Origin: Macrostomum hystrix
Taxonomy: Eukaryota; Animalia; Platyhelminthes
DNA length: 64,000 nt
Assembly (NCBI GenBank): GCA_950097015.1
Contig: CATNEN010000038.1
Span: forward strand, 32,798,001-32,862,000
Reading direction: 5' to 3'
The translations under genes were made by a program, and so were the position numbers. Positions 13,101 to 26,199 of the stretch are shown in pieces. The notes beneath the pieces are model-generated. The model was given only the letters and a program-made list of their open reading frames with translations. It made no database searches and was not told the DNA's origin. Each line of letters begins with the position of its first letter. The first letter of the stretch is position 1.

Positions 13101-13782
13101 CTTATTTCCATCCGATTTATACTCACGTCAACTAAAAATCTATATTCAGCTTTCAGAAGCTAATAGCGCAGTTAGATATTGCTTTTCCATTTTACATCGC
13201 ATTGTGAACTATAAAAACTTGTAGATTTGCATAATCATAGACTGTACAATTTATGCGGACACTGAAAACAGGTCGATGCAATCTCGCTCCGAGACCGCAA
13301 TGTTTAAATCCTAATGTTCTGTTCTCTAGTTCTGTGAGAATATTCCTAGCCGTGAAACTTAATATTTACAGTAGTAGCAAAGACCAATTACACTGATAGA
13401 ACCTGCATTGCTGCTTGTACATGTCTCGCTTCACCGATCGCAAGAGAGAAGCATGTGAAAGTGATTTATAAGACTTTTTTATTTCCAATCACATTCCATC
13501 CGGGCCAAGGTCTTCTTGTCTTCGTTTGAAAAAGCTCATCTAATGAACTTTTTCTCCAAATAGGGCATCTTCTGTGTGGGCCTTTGACTGGACCCGTGAT
13601 TGCTCACAGAAATTAGACTCAAGAATGTGAGTGAGCACCAGGTTATTGCTCGTATTAGTGAGGATGAAAATGGCTATCCTCCTATAATTGATTAAGTGAA
13701 GGTTAATGAGTTAAGTAATTACATTTCCATCATTAATCAGAGTAATTAACAGCTAAATTGCGCAGACAGGTATATGTGGGGG

Positions 13783-14850
13783 GATTATAGATTATCAGCT
13801 ATCTGAAGGATTAGAGATTATCAGCTATCTGATGGATTAGAGATTATCAGCTACGTGATGGGTTAGAGATTATCAGCTATCTGATGGATTAGAGATTATC
13901 AGCTATCTGATGGATTAGAGATTATCAGCTATCTGATGGATTAGAGATTATCAGCTATCTGATGGATTAGAGATTATCAGCTATCTGATGGATTAGAGAT
14001 TATCAGCTATCTGATGGATTAGAGGTTATCAGCTATCTGATAGGTTAGAGATTATCAGCTATCTGAAGGATTAGATATTATCAGCTACGTGATGGATTAG
14101 AGATTATCAGCTACGTGATGGATTAGAGATTATCAGCTACGTGATGGATTAGAGATTATCAGCTATGTGAAGGATTAGAGATTATCAGCTACGTGATGGA
14201 TTAGAGATTATCAGCTACGTGATGGATTAGAGATTATCAGCTATCTGAAGGATTAGATATTATCAGCTACGTGATGGATTAGAGATTATCAGCTATCTGA
14301 AGGATTAGATATTATCAGCTACGTGATGGGTTAGAGATTATCAGCTATCTGATAGGTTAGAGGTTATCAGCTTGAGGATTAGAGAGGCCAGTTGGAGGAT
14401 TATAGAGTCCAGTTCGAGGATTTCGGATTATCATTTGGAGGATTAGGGAGTCCAGTTGGAGGATTTGAGAGTCCAGTTAGAGGATTTGGGATTATCATTT
14501 AGAGGATTAGAGAGGCCAGTTGGAGGATTTGAGAGTCCAGTTGGAGGATTAGAGAGGCCAGTTGGAGGATTTGAGAGTCCAGTTAGAGGATTTGGGATTA
14601 TCATTTAGAGGATTAGAGAGGCCAGTTGGAGGATTTGAGAGTCCAGTTGGAGGATTTGAGAGTCCAGTTAGAGGATTTGGGATTATCATTTAAAGGATTA
14701 GAGAGGCCAGTTGGAGGATTTGAGAGTCCAGTTGGAGGATTAGAGAGGCCAGTTGGAGGATTTGAGAGTCCAGTTAGAGGATTTGGGATTATCATTTGGA
14801 GGATTAGAGAGTCCACTTGGGGGATTAGAGAGGCCAGTTGGAGGATTAGA
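13783..14850. repeat. Adjacent 26 bp (GATTAGAGATTATCAGCTATCTGATG) and 21 bp (GAGGATTAGAGAGGCCAGTTG) minisatellites
   Basis: Two abutting arrays that switch at about 14372 and share GGATTAGAG. Confidence 0.9.
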
Positions 14851-15644
14851 AATCGGAAGCATAAAGTCGGACATCCTTCAAATGATGCAAAACTTTAAAC
14901 AGAGATCACGTGATCACAGAAAAGCAGTGAACTGTCTGTCTAATTGGTCGGTCCATTGTCCCGCGAGCATCAGGTTACGGCACTTGATCACAATGAAGCC
15001 TATTGATCACAGATCTAAGCTATAAGCTATCATGTTTCAGATTCTGTTTATTCAGTTTATTTATTAATGACAGTAAGTAATGAGTGAATTGTATCTATGC
15101 ACATACATACACTTGCTACACTAATCCATAGCCTAGATTTTTTTGGTAGATCAACGTCAATGCAAGGTTTCAAACGGAAATAACGAGCGTATAAAGTTGA
15201 CATTAATCGCTTTAGAATGTCAATATTTGAGTGCCATTAGTAAGAGAGAAGTAATCATTAGCTTAAACGTTTATTAATCTGTATTAATCTGCTACTCAAA
15301 CTTTGAAGTGCTCAAAGAATTTATGATTTAACAATGGACAATAGTTTGCGCTTTGTAGTTGAAGTGAACCAACTCGGAACACTCTGAACTGCCATTTTGG
15401 AAGTTTGTTATAACTAACAGTATTACATGGTATTAAAGCGTGTTTGTGTATTTCAAGCACTATGGTACATTTCTGGCGTTCATAAACATTTTTACATTAA
15501 AATACGATATTTTTTATTTTAAATAATTTTTAAGTCAATGTTATGAAGAGAATGGAGTTGGCGAAACTCACTACATGCTTACTAGTTTGGTTACCTTTAA
15601 TGTTGTTAAAGCGATGTACGAACCGAAAGGCTTCAGTGAGAAAT

Positions 15645-16140
15645 GAGATTTCGGAGGGAAGTGATGTTTCGGAGGGAAGTGATGTTTCGGAGGGAAGTGA
15701 TGTTTCGGAGGGAAGTGATGTTTCGGAGGGAAGTGATGTTTCGGAGGGAAGTGATGTTTCGGAGGGAAGTGATGTTTCGGAGGGAAGTGATGTTTCGGAG
15801 GGAAGTGATGTTTCGGACGGAAGTGATGTTTCGGAGGGAAGTGATGTTTCGGAGGGAAGTGATGTTTCGGAGGGAAGTGATGTTTCGGAGGGAAGTGATG
15901 TTTCGGAGGGAAGTGAGATTTCGGAGGGAAGTGATGTTTCGGAGGGAAGTGATGTTTCGGAGGGAAGTGATGTTTCGGAGGGAAGTGATGTTTCGGAGGG
16001 AAGTGGTGTTTCGGAGGGAAGTGATGTTTCGGAGGGAAGTGATGTTCCGGAGGGAAGTGGTGTTTCGGAGGGAAGTGGTGTTTCGGAGGGAAGTGGTGTT
16101 TCGGAGGGAAGTAAGGTTTCGGACGGAAGTGATGGTTCTG
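15645..16140 (-). repeat. 18 bp minisatellite (GTTTCGGAGGGAAGTGAT on +), right arm of the inverted pair
   Basis: Reverse complement of the 12222-13100 unit. Confidence 0.95.
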
Positions 16141-16320
16141 TAGGACGCAAGGTTTTGGGGGACGATAGTGTTACATGGGAAGGGAAGGTTTCGGGGAAGA
16201 TGGTGTTTCGGGTGAGTGTTATTTCTGAGTAAACAATGGTTCTTAAGACTCGAGAATGAGATGCAAAACTTGGTCCCTAACAAAGCAGTTTGTGAATATT
16301 TATAAAGCTAATTATGACAA

Positions 16321-17776
16321 TCACTTGTCAATCAGCATAGCGTACCGTTCTCTCACCTGTCCTATCAGGTGATCTTCAGCCAGTGATGGCCACTCGAGTC
16401 TGTGCTCCCACAGTTGCAGAACCTCTTCAACCAGTTGACTGTAATTTCGCTCAGAGTTCAACGATCCTTCGCATTCATTGGACGCAGGCTGTGGGGCAGC
16501 CTGGAGCTCGCCGAGTGTCAGCATCAGTGTCAGCAGGTGCAGCAGCAGCACCGACACGGCCGAGTCTGAGTGCAAACGGCCGGCAACTTTCGAGTCAACA
16601 GCAGCTTCAGGCTTTGGGTTCTGCTGCTGACCGCGCAGAAGCAAACTGACTGCGTTGCAGTCGGCGCACTGCCGACCCAGTGCTATGCTCAACTCGCAGC
16701 CAACTCCACCGTCGGCACCGTCGTCAGAGCAGTCTGCGGCTGAATCGCCATGGCTCCTATTGATCCTATTGGCCAGAATGAGTTTGGCTAAGAAGCGGTG
16801 AAATACGGTGAGTTTAGCCTCGCACCTGTTGAGTTCAGATTGAATCTTGAATGACAGATGGTGTTGATGCTGATGCTGCTGACTTGTGTGGTGAGATGAC
16901 AGATGAAGGCTGCTCATGAGATGATGGTGATGATGATGATGATGACTCGCCGGCGTCTCGTATGACAGCGGAAGCAGCAGCAGGTCCTGCCGCGGATGCT
17001 GGCGCTTGGTATTGTCCAGCTGACAGTCTGCTGACTCTCCCGAAGGCAGCAGGTGCTCTGCCAGTTGACACAGAAGGTCACCGGTGCCAAGTAAGCGGAT
17101 GATTCTAGCAGGCAGCTGATCGTTTGGCACGGTGCTGAAGTCGTCCTCGGTGAGTAGACGCGACTCGTCGATCCCCTGGAATGAGCCGTGCTTGTCAAAT
17201 ACTGGCGCCGGTAGTGTCAGCTGAGGCGGCTGCTGGCGAGTCTCGCTTCTGTTGCTGGGCAGTATTGGATTGCGGCATTTATCGATTAGCTAAAACTCAA
17301 CAAGGAGCCGTAAAGCATAGTTTACAACATCGAGAGGGATGTTTAAGTGATCGATTGATTTCTCAGGAATTGGGATATGAGCTGACTGAATAGTTGAGCC
17401 ATGAAATGCTTCACCTGAGCGACTGAAGGTCGCAGCTGTGTCGCAGCTGCAGCAGTCGACGTGAAATCTTGGCCAGCCAGTCGAGTACCACGGACAAGGC
17501 CAAGTTTGGCTCGGTAAAGCGGACCAGACGGCATGGCAGCTGGGAGCGCTTACGGTTGTGGCCAGCCTCCGTACTCGGGCTCATTGTGAACAGCTCCTTG
17601 ACTATGCGAATGCCTTTGCGTAGATTCTCGAGGAAGCCGCCTTGATGCGCCAGTGACTGATGATGCTGATGGCGCTTCAGATGTCGCTGAGAGGCCGACT
17701 CCTGCTGCGGTATCATTTCCTCCTCTGAAGATGAGCAGTCGTCTTGATCCGAGCGATGGTACTGGTTACTATGCAT
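16321..17776 (-). CDS. Uncharacterised protein (probably 2 exons, His/Gln-rich, helical)
   Basis: GC-rich coding-like blocks at 17776-17416 and ~17289-16321 with donor CTCAG|gtgaag and acceptor ttttag|. The splice phase cannot be resolved unambiguously. No family recognised. Confidence 0.45.
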
Positions 17777-18533
17777 CACTGTTTTAAAAATCTAATAAAA
17801 TATCTACTATAGAAAATATTTAAAATCGATTAAATCTGTGAATAATGAATGAGTACGACCAAATGTACGATTTCTAACTAAGAATAAAAAAAGCGATTTA
17901 GAGACCCCTAGATATTTGACTTAAATTTACCATAAACTATTCACACTTAGCATAAAATACGACCGCAAAGCATTTAGATAATGTTTTACAACTAATTTAA
18001 ATTGTCACTTTACTGATGTAGTCTCGTAATCGAACAGACAGTGTGTAGTGGGGATAGCTGCTAGAGGGACGAAAATTGGAGTGAGGTGGGTGCTTTTCCG
18101 AGAGTTTCCGACCAATCCCAAAAAACCTATTCGGCCCTAATGAAGGCTTTACTGTCAAAACAAAGCCCACTATACAAAATCTCGAAGATATTTTATCGAC
18201 TAATGAGATCGAGCTAAGCACATGGATTCATATAATTAGACTTGGTAATGCACTATAGTTTTCGCTAAATATGTTATTGTACTTGGCTATGACATTTGGT
18301 TACAGATTTCTGAGTTCTCGTCGTGATTAATCATTGCAAATTCCAGTTTTCGTATTGTTATAAAGTCGTGGCAAAATAAATATCCAAAGACTATAAAAGG
18401 TTTTATAAGATGCACTTTTTAAAGACGATATTATATATTTGAAACGATTTAAAAAAGTAGCAGAAATTATATTCAGTCAGTCAGTCACACCGCCGTACGA
18501 GAACCTACTCCAGGTGAGAACAGTGAGAAGTTC

Positions 18534-19728
18534 TCAGTTGAGCACCAAAACCTCGTAGTTGTCAGTGACCTTGTGCTCCTTGCCACCCCATGAAAAGTAG
18601 GCGCAGCCGTGGCTGGGCTGGGCCTTGCCGGAGCAGGTCTCACCTTCGATCTGAAATTCGCGTTTTTGTAGTTGGTACTGATTTGATACTTCAGTCGTCT
18701 TCGGGTAGACAACTAATCCTTCAGTGGGTTTTGGGTAGACAACTGATCTTCAAGTGGGTTTTGGGTAGACAACTGATCTTCAAGTGGGTTTTGGGTAGAC
18801 AACTGATCCTTCAGTGGGTTTTGGGTAGACAACTGATCTTTCAGTGGGTTTTGGGTAGATAACTGATCTTCAAGTGGGTTTTGGGTAGACAACTGATCCT
18901 TCAGTGGGTTTTGGGTAGACAACTGATCCTTCAGTGGGTTTTGGGTAGACAACTGATCCTTCAGTGGGTTTTGGGTAGACAACTGATCCTTCAGTGGGTT
19001 TTGGGTAGACAACTGATCTTCAAGTGGGTTTTGGGTAGACAACTGATCTTCAAGTGGGTTTTGGGTAGACAACTAATCCTCAAAGTGGGTTTTGGGTAGA
19101 CAACTAATCTTCAAGTGGGTTTTGGGTAGACAACTGATCTTCAAGTGGGTTTTGGGTAGACAACTAATCTTCAAGTGGTTTTGGGTAGACAACTGATCCT
19201 CAAGTGGGTTTTGGGTAGACAACTGATCTTCAAGTGGGTTTTGGGTAGACAACTGATCCTCCAGTGGGTTTTGGGTAGACAACTGATCCATAGGATATAA
19301 ACATTCTAGTGCTGTTTGTGAGGGAAGGTCGGTAAAACAGGTAAAGAACATTGCGAGCGAGTACTTACGCTGGCCCTAGCAACATAGAGTGGGGCTCCGC
19401 CGTCGTAACCGGAAACCAGGGCCCGCTTAGGCACCGAGCTTCCTGTTGCCGGAAGCCACTGGTAGCCGCAGCCAAAGTGACCAACATCCGAGGCTGTGAG
19501 CACTTCGTACTCGGTGTAGGCCAGCTCCTGCTCGCCGAAAGGCACATAGGCGCTGGTGTGCCCGGCCGGCAGTTTGCCCGGCACCCATTCGCCTTCGTGC
19601 CTGGCGCGGACAACGTAGCAGTCGTCGCTAGCCTTGACAGCGCCTGGCGGCACATTGCCATTGGATGCCGGCTGCCAGCTCAGGCAGAGCTCGATGCCTT
19701 TGATGTTGTCGTGCTTGACACGGCTCAT
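18534..19728 (-). CDS. DM9-repeat protein (DUF3421; natterin-N / mannose-binding lectin type), 158 aa
   Basis: Exons 19728-19369 (AGC|gtaagt) and 18650-18534 (tttcag|ATC GAA...). Two DM9 repeats: W..ASNGNVPPGAV...YVVRARHEGEWVPGK...YEVL and W..ATGSSVPKRAL...LYVARASIEGETCSGK...YEVL. No signal peptide. TATA-like CTATATAAA on minus near 19821-19829. Confidence 0.9.
18703..19290. repeat. 30 bp minisatellite (AACTGATCTTCAAGTGGGTTTTGGGTAGAC) filling the DM9 intron
   Basis: About 19 tandem copies. Confidence 0.95.
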
Positions 19729-19994
19729 GTCGATTAGTAGTTTAAATTAGTAGATAAGAGTGATTGTGGCACTAAATCGCTTAATGCTGTTTGTTGTCTA
19801 CGAAGTCTTTAGGTTTCAAGTTTATATAGTGCCAGGCTAGATTTATTATTCACACTGATGATTGAGTCATCGAATCAGGGGGGCCAACAGGTCAAAACTA
19901 GTCGTAATTTAATGAAAGGTTTTAATGCAATAAAAAGTTTTAAGTGCGCTGCACATCGATCGATATGTACATTCAAACTCCGTTTTCAGTTTAA

Positions 19995-20155
19995 GCAACA
20001 CTTGGGTGGTGGTCGGGGAAGGGGTGGAAATCTTCTATTGGCTGAGGCTTAGATCACGTGACTCTACTTCGTGTTCAGTTTACGCAACACTTGGGGTGGT
20101 GGTCGGGGAAGGGTTGGAAATCTTCTATTGGCTGAGGCTTAGATCACGTGACTCT
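19995..20155. promoter_or_regulatory. Duplicated ~70 bp module with E-box (TCACGTGA) and CCAAT upstream of the DM9 gene
   Basis: GCAACACTTGGG...CTATTGGCTGAGGCTTAGATCACGTGACTCT occurs at ~19995-20064 and ~20084-20155. Confidence 0.4.
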
Positions 20156-20551
20156 CGAAATGCCGCGCAAAACATCCAAGCTCCACCTCAACCCTCAGCT
20201 TTATCTTATCTTTCAATTTTTTTCTATTATAATTCAAGATAGGCTAAGAAAGCCAGTTTACAATAGAATGCCTGTCTAGCGGGCGGTAATGTAGTTGCAC
20301 TTAAATAAGAAAAAAAAATAAATGTTTTCTTCACTTTCTTGTTTTATTTATATGCGAAGTTTCTATTTAAAAATCAAGTAGTAATGTCAATCGTTTTGTT
20401 TAAAAATTGTGAAAAAGTTAAGCAATTGATGTGAATCAGCTGCAAGATTTTCTAAGATATTTTTAAAAGTTTTTTCTCACTTTATTAAAAACATTGAAAT
20501 TTTGTAACTGTTGCTGTCAATATTGATTCAGGTTCATATTTGAATGCTACT

Positions 20552-21744
20552 TCAGGTCTGTTTCATAATTTTCTTATACTGGGAGGCATATACTTCACCG
20601 ATCACGGCCTTCAACTCTTTAGCAATCCAATAGTTGAGGGTTTCCGTCAGGACTTTATCTATATCTTCTTGTATCGGATCACTGGCCGCCAGATTCAGAT
20701 TCAGCAGGCCGCCGATGGACACACTGGGCCTTCCAATGCTGAGTACGGTCAGCTCTGGCACAGGCTTTGAATCATTACCTGCATCTCGGTCCTTTTCAAT
20801 CTTCATTTGCACCATGAAATCTCGTAGGAGCACGTGGACTTTTAAATAGACATTGGACCCTTCCAATTGCATTCCAGGTGCAATCCTGGTGCAATTCCAG
20901 GACACGCTGGAGTACAGAACCCCGTGAATGTCGGTGCTGAAGTTGCTCTGCAACGAGAATCGCTTGGCGGAGTCAGTCAAAATCGCATCGCCTGCTCGCT
21001 TGATCGTGGACCAGTCGCCTAGCTTGCCGTCGAGTCTTACACAGCCTGTGATACTGGCTGGCGAGATTGTTATGTTAAAGGGAATCTCCTTATCCACTAC
21101 TGACACCATGTGCGTGTTTCTTCTCCTCAGGTCTTGGGCAACCGTTTCTAGGAAACGATCCGTCTGGTTGTTGACGTTTTTGGTAGTTGCATTAGTCGCG
21201 CTGGCTGATCCGATCAAGCCGATTGTTAAAAAGTAGATTAGAATCTGCAATGAGCAATGCTAGACAATCGGACTTCTGTATGAAAGGTCGGGAGTTCGAA
21301 TCTTTAGCTCAAGGCAAAAATAAATTGCCAGGAAGGTGAGTGGCGGAGAGGTTAACGTTTTTGCCTCTCGCACCAAGGTCCCTGAGCTCGATTCCGCGGT
21401 GAGGCCACATTAATTTGGGGCGCAGCCGCGGAGAGAAGGCTTCGGGGCTTGTCGTGCAATTTGCGCCCTTGAAGGCCAACCTTCAAGGCATATATTGAGG
21501 TTGTACCCTGCCTGACGATGAGAAAGTCAGGGCAGATGTTCACACCCTGTGTGAGCGAGAGCCTGCGTACAGTATCTGTGTGCGTGTGTGCTCAGGAGTC
21601 AGCGAAATTGGCAGAATTGCCTCCTCGCTGGCTGAAGTTCAAGTGTCACGAAATGATGTGCCATGGCGTGCAGCTCTTCTGCAATTATTATTATTATTAT
21701 TATTATTGTTATTATAGCAATTCTCATCAACTCACCGGCAGCAT
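20552..21744 (-). CDS. Secreted group-7-allergen/TULIP-like lipid-binding protein, divergent paralogue A
   Basis: 9-nt first exon 21744-21736 (ATG CTG CCG|gtgag) splices to ttgcag|ATT at 21244, giving MLPILIYFLTIGLIGSASA (signal peptide; the paralogue starts MLPLL). Core GKLGDWSTIKRAGDAILT ... PELTVLSIGRPSVSIGGL matches the other three copies. Confidence 0.75.
21334..21718 (+). mobile_element. tRNA-derived SINE (family B), full length, in intron 1 of paralogue A
   Basis: A box TGGCGGAGAGG, B box GCTCGATTCC, (TTA)n tail. Homologous copies at 27872-28025, 30461-30560 and 46040-46340. Confidence 0.8.
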
Positions 21745-22364
21745 GTTCCTCTTCGCGTGTGCTCACGAATATTGTCCAACACTATAAATCGGTGTCTATT
21801 TAATGTGTCAAGCTCCTATGCTTAATTTTTTCAATGTCTAAAACGCCTAAATAGGCAATTCGAACGGCAGGATTTGATACAAAAAAGAAACTGTTTATTA
21901 GCACCTGTAGCATTTTCAAGCACATAAGAGGTGAAAACTGTCTCTTCTGTATCAAGTTATCGGGACTGCATAACACTTGGAACTGCTAAAAAATTGTGTC
22001 GAAATTTAGATGGTGTTATACTGAGCTTTAATACCTGCTTAACACGCATGTGGAGAGGTGAGCGTTGCATTCTGCCCGTCTATGTAAGTGCGAAACAATT
22101 AATTGAAGGCTATAATAGCTAATTCAATTTAAAGCCTCGATGTAGCGGCTAAAAGCGAATCAGAAATTGCCTGCTACTTTTTATGAGCTATGCGACCTTG
22201 AACTGGACATAAACTCAATTTTATAGGTCTAATACAGCACCCTAAATTTATAGTTCTGAAATTTCCATTTCGGCAAATTGAGCAATTAGTTTTATTAACA
22301 TCCGAAAAATAAATCCTTTAATACTTTAATAATTCTTAAATATCTCCTTTAAAATATATTCGAG

Positions 22365-24140
22365 TATTTAACTGGAATCAAGGCTAGATGTATTCAACTG
22401 GAATCGCAGCTAGATGTATTCAACTGGAATCGAAGCTAGATGTATTCAAGTGGAATCGAAGCTAGATGTATTTAACTGGAATCGAAGCTAGATTATTTAA
22501 CTAAAAATAGAAGCTAGATGTATTTAACTTGAATCGAAGCTAGACGTTTTTAACTGGAATCGAAGCTAGATGTATTCAAGTGGAATCGAAGCTAGATGTA
22601 TTCAAGTGGAATCGAAGCTAGATGTATTCAAGTGGAAACGAAGCTAGATGTATTCAACTGGAATCGAAGCTAGATGTATTCAAGTGGAATCGAAGCTAGA
22701 TGTATTCAAGTGGAAACGAAGCTAGATGTATTCAACTGGAATCGAAGCTAGATGTATTCAACTGGAATCGAAGCTTGATGTACTTAAACGGAATCGCAGC
22801 TAGATGTATTTAAATGGAAAAGTAGCTAGATGTATTTATATGGAATCGAAGCTAGATGTATTTAAGTGGAATAGAAGCTATATGTATTTAAATGGAATCG
22901 AAAATAAACGTTTAAAAAAGGAATCGAAGCTAGATGTATTTAACTGGAATCGAAGCTAGACGTTTCTAACTGGAATCGAAGCTAGATGTATTCAATTGGA
23001 ATCAAAGCTAGATGTATTTAACTGGAATCGAAGCTAGATGCATTCAACTGGAATCGAAGCTAGATGCATTCAACTGGAATCGAAGCTTGATGTATTTAAC
23101 TGGAATCGAAGCTAGATGTATTTAACTGGAATCGAAGCTAGATGTATTTAACTGGAATCGAAGCTAGATGCATTCAACTGGAATCGAAGCTAGATGCATT
23201 CAACTGGAATCGAAGCTAGATGCATTCAACTGGAATCGAAGCTAGATGCATTCAACTGGAATCGAAGCTAGATGTATTCAACTGGAATCGAAGCTTGATG
23301 TATTTAAATGGAATCGAAGCTAGATGTATTCAACTGTAATCGAAGCTAGATGCATTCAACTGGAATCGAAGCTAGATGTATTCAACTGGAATCGAAGCTA
23401 GATGTATTCAAGTGGAAACGAAGCTAGATGTATTCAACTGGAATCGAAGCTAGATGTATTCAACTGGAATCGAAGCTAGATGTATTCAACTGGAATCGAA
23501 GCTTGATGTACTTAAACGGAATCGCAGCTAGATGTATTTAAATGGAAAAGTAGCTAGATGTATTTATATGGAATCGAAGCTAGATGTATTTAACTGGAAT
23601 AGAAGCTATATGTATTTAAATGGAATCGAAGCTAGACGTTTTAAACTGGAATCGAAGCTAGATGTAGTTAAATGGAATCGAAGCTAGGTGTATTTAACTG
23701 GAATCAAAGCTAGATGTATTTAACTGGAATCGAAGCTAGATGTATTCAACTGGAATCGAAGCGAGATGTATTTAACTGGAATCGAAGCTACATGTATTTA
23801 ACTGGAATCGAAGCTACATGTATTTAACTGGAATCGAAGCTACATGTATTTAACTGGAATCGAAGCTAGATGTATTCAACTGGAATCGAAGCTAGATGTA
23901 TTTAAGCGGAATCGAAGCTAGGTGTATTTAACTGGAATCGAAGCTAGATATATTCAACTGGAATCGAAGCTACATGTATTTAACTGGAATCGAAGCTAGA
24001 TGTATTCAACTGGAATCGAAGCTAGATGTATTTAAGCGGAATCGAAGCTAGATATATTCAACTGGAATCGAAGCTAGGTGTATTTAACTGGAATCGAAGC
24101 TAGATGTATTTAACTGGAATCGAAGCTAGATATATTCAAC
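22365..24140. repeat. 26 bp minisatellite (ACTGGAATCGAAGCTAGATGTATTCA)
   Basis: About 68 tandem units. Confidence 0.95.
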
Positions 24141-24516
24141 TATAGACAAGCTATAAACAGCTATAAACAATCTACTTACACCTCTAAAGTACGATAGTAT
24201 TACAGCTACTAGCGATTGCATTTTACATTATGTGTTATACGAGCTATCAGAAGCAAGAAAATAAGAACAAATATTCAGTAATTTCCAGCAGTGATTCGCT
24301 GTCCCCACAACCCAGATAAGAGAAGCAAAACGAAATCTGCAAAATTTCCCACTTTAATCTGGGAATGTAAATCTTTGGCAGTATACAAGCACTTCCTTTG
24401 TATTTAAATGCTGTTTAAAATACGTAGGAGCGATAAACATATATTATCGTGAATTAAAAAATAAATAAATTACCCAGAAAAGTATCACCAGTCGGAAGTA
24501 TCTCACAAATTAAAGG

Positions 24517-25228
24517 TACCTGTATCTACCAATCTACCTGCGTCTACCAATCTACCTGTGTCTACCAATCTACCTGTGCCTACCAATCTACCTGTATCTA
24601 CCAATCTACCTGTATCTACCAATCTACCTGTATCTACCAATCTACCTATATCTACCAATCTACCTATATCTACCAATCGACCTATATCTACCAATCTACC
24701 TGTGTCACCAATCTACCTGTGTCACCAATCTACCTATATCTACCAATCTACCTATATCTACCAATCTACCTGTATCTACCAATCTACCTCTGTCACCAAT
24801 CTACCATATCTACCAATCTACCTGTATCTACCAATCTACCTGTGTCACCAATCTACCTATATCTACCAATCTACCTGTATCTACCAATCTACCTGTATCT
24901 ACCAATCTACCTATATCTACCAATCTACCTGTATCTACCAATCTACCTATATCTACCAATCTACCTGTATCTACCAATCTACCTGTATCTACCAATCTAC
25001 CTATATCTACCAATCTACCTGTATCTACCAATCTACCTGTGTCACTAATCTACCTATATCTACCAATCTACCTATATCTACCAATCTACCTGTATCTACC
25101 AATCTACCTATATCTACCAATCTACCTGTATCTACCAATCTACCTGTATGTACCAATCTACCTATATCTACCAATCTACCTGTATCTACCAATCTACCTG
25201 TGTCACCAATCTACCTATATCTACCAAT
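24517..25228. repeat. 18 bp minisatellite (TCTACCAATCTACCTGTA)
   Basis: Tandem array directly upstream of paralogue B. Confidence 0.95.
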
Positions 25229-25264
25229 CGCATTGCAGCGCCATCAAACTAAACCAGCTGAAGC

Positions 25265-26052
25265 ATGCTCCCTCTGCTAGTCGTTGCCACAGTGGCTCTA
25301 GCCCTCACCAGCCCAGTTCAGGCCAATGCCATCCTGGCCAATCAGCAGATGGACCTGCTGCTGCAAGCTGTCTCCAAGCTGCTACGCGAGACCAACTCGC
25401 ACATGGTCAACGTGATCGACCAGAAGGTCAGTTTCAGCAAGAAGGTCCTGCTAGTCACTATCAGCGGCTCGGCTTCAATCAACGGCCAGCTAGGCGACCT
25501 GTCCACCATGAAGAGAGTCAGCGATGCATTCCTGACTCAGTCTGGCAAGGTGGTCACCCTGCAGGGTGTCTTTGGTGCCAACGTCGGCGGCAACCTGAAG
25601 GCCGCCGTGTCCTGGAACGGCATCGGCGTGACCGCCAGCATCGGTGTCACGTTGAAGGATTTCCGCGCCTTCCTACGCGTCACGCACGACCTGGGAGCCG
25701 CGGGAGCCAGCCCGGAGCTGCAGGAGGTTCGGGTGCAAAGCATCGGCAGCCTGAGCTTGGCCATCGGTGGACTGGGCGTGCTGGACTGGGTGAGTGACGG
25801 GAGATTGGTGGTGAGATTCGGAGATTGATAGTGAGAATCGGAGATCGACAGTGAGACTGAAACTGATCATTAAGATCAGGAGATAACCCAGAGCAGTCCG
25901 CAATCTCGCGCATACCGCTAACCAATCCGCAGGTGATGGGGCCAATCAGCAATGCCATGCTGGGCATCATTTTCCAGGTCATGAACAGTTGGGTCGGTAC
26001 GCAGCTATTCAACGCCCTTCGCATCGTGGTTAAACTGCTGCGTCTGGGTTAG
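25265..26052 (+). CDS. Secreted group-7-allergen/TULIP-like protein, paralogue B (214 aa)
   Basis: Exons 25265-25789 (TGG|gtgagt) and 25933-26052 (ccgcag|GTG...GGT TAG). Signal peptide MLPLLVVATVALALTSPVQA. Motifs GQLGDLSTMKRVSDAFLT and SIGSLSLAIGGLGVLDW followed by an amphipathic C-terminal helix. Confidence 0.85.
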
Positions 26053-26199
26053 ACCTTCAATTGCTTTGCGTAAAATATACGGTTAAAGTTATAAAAACTT
26101 GTCGCTGTTTGTTATACTGCTTCGTATGCCTTCTCCACTACTTTCCTGACAAGTAGCGTCATTCGAATGTGCGAAAATTTAACGACAGTGCGTAGAAGC

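Noticed and set aside
12164-16283. Long ORFs such as (SETSLP)n and (SEGSDV)n
   Set aside because: Translations of an 18-bp satellite, open in several frames on both strands; no coding signal.
21508-21610. CTGACGA...CGAAA as a possible hammerhead ribozyme in SINE B
   Set aside because: No stem II closing onto GAAA and no matching NUH with stems I/III found.
21600-21660. GCC-TCCTCGCT-GGC, identical to HDV ribozyme P3/L3 (similar motif near 42400)
   Set aside because: I could not build P1, P1.1 (GG) or P2. The region is explained by a simple hairpin AGTCAGCGA...TCGCTGGCT in the SINE.
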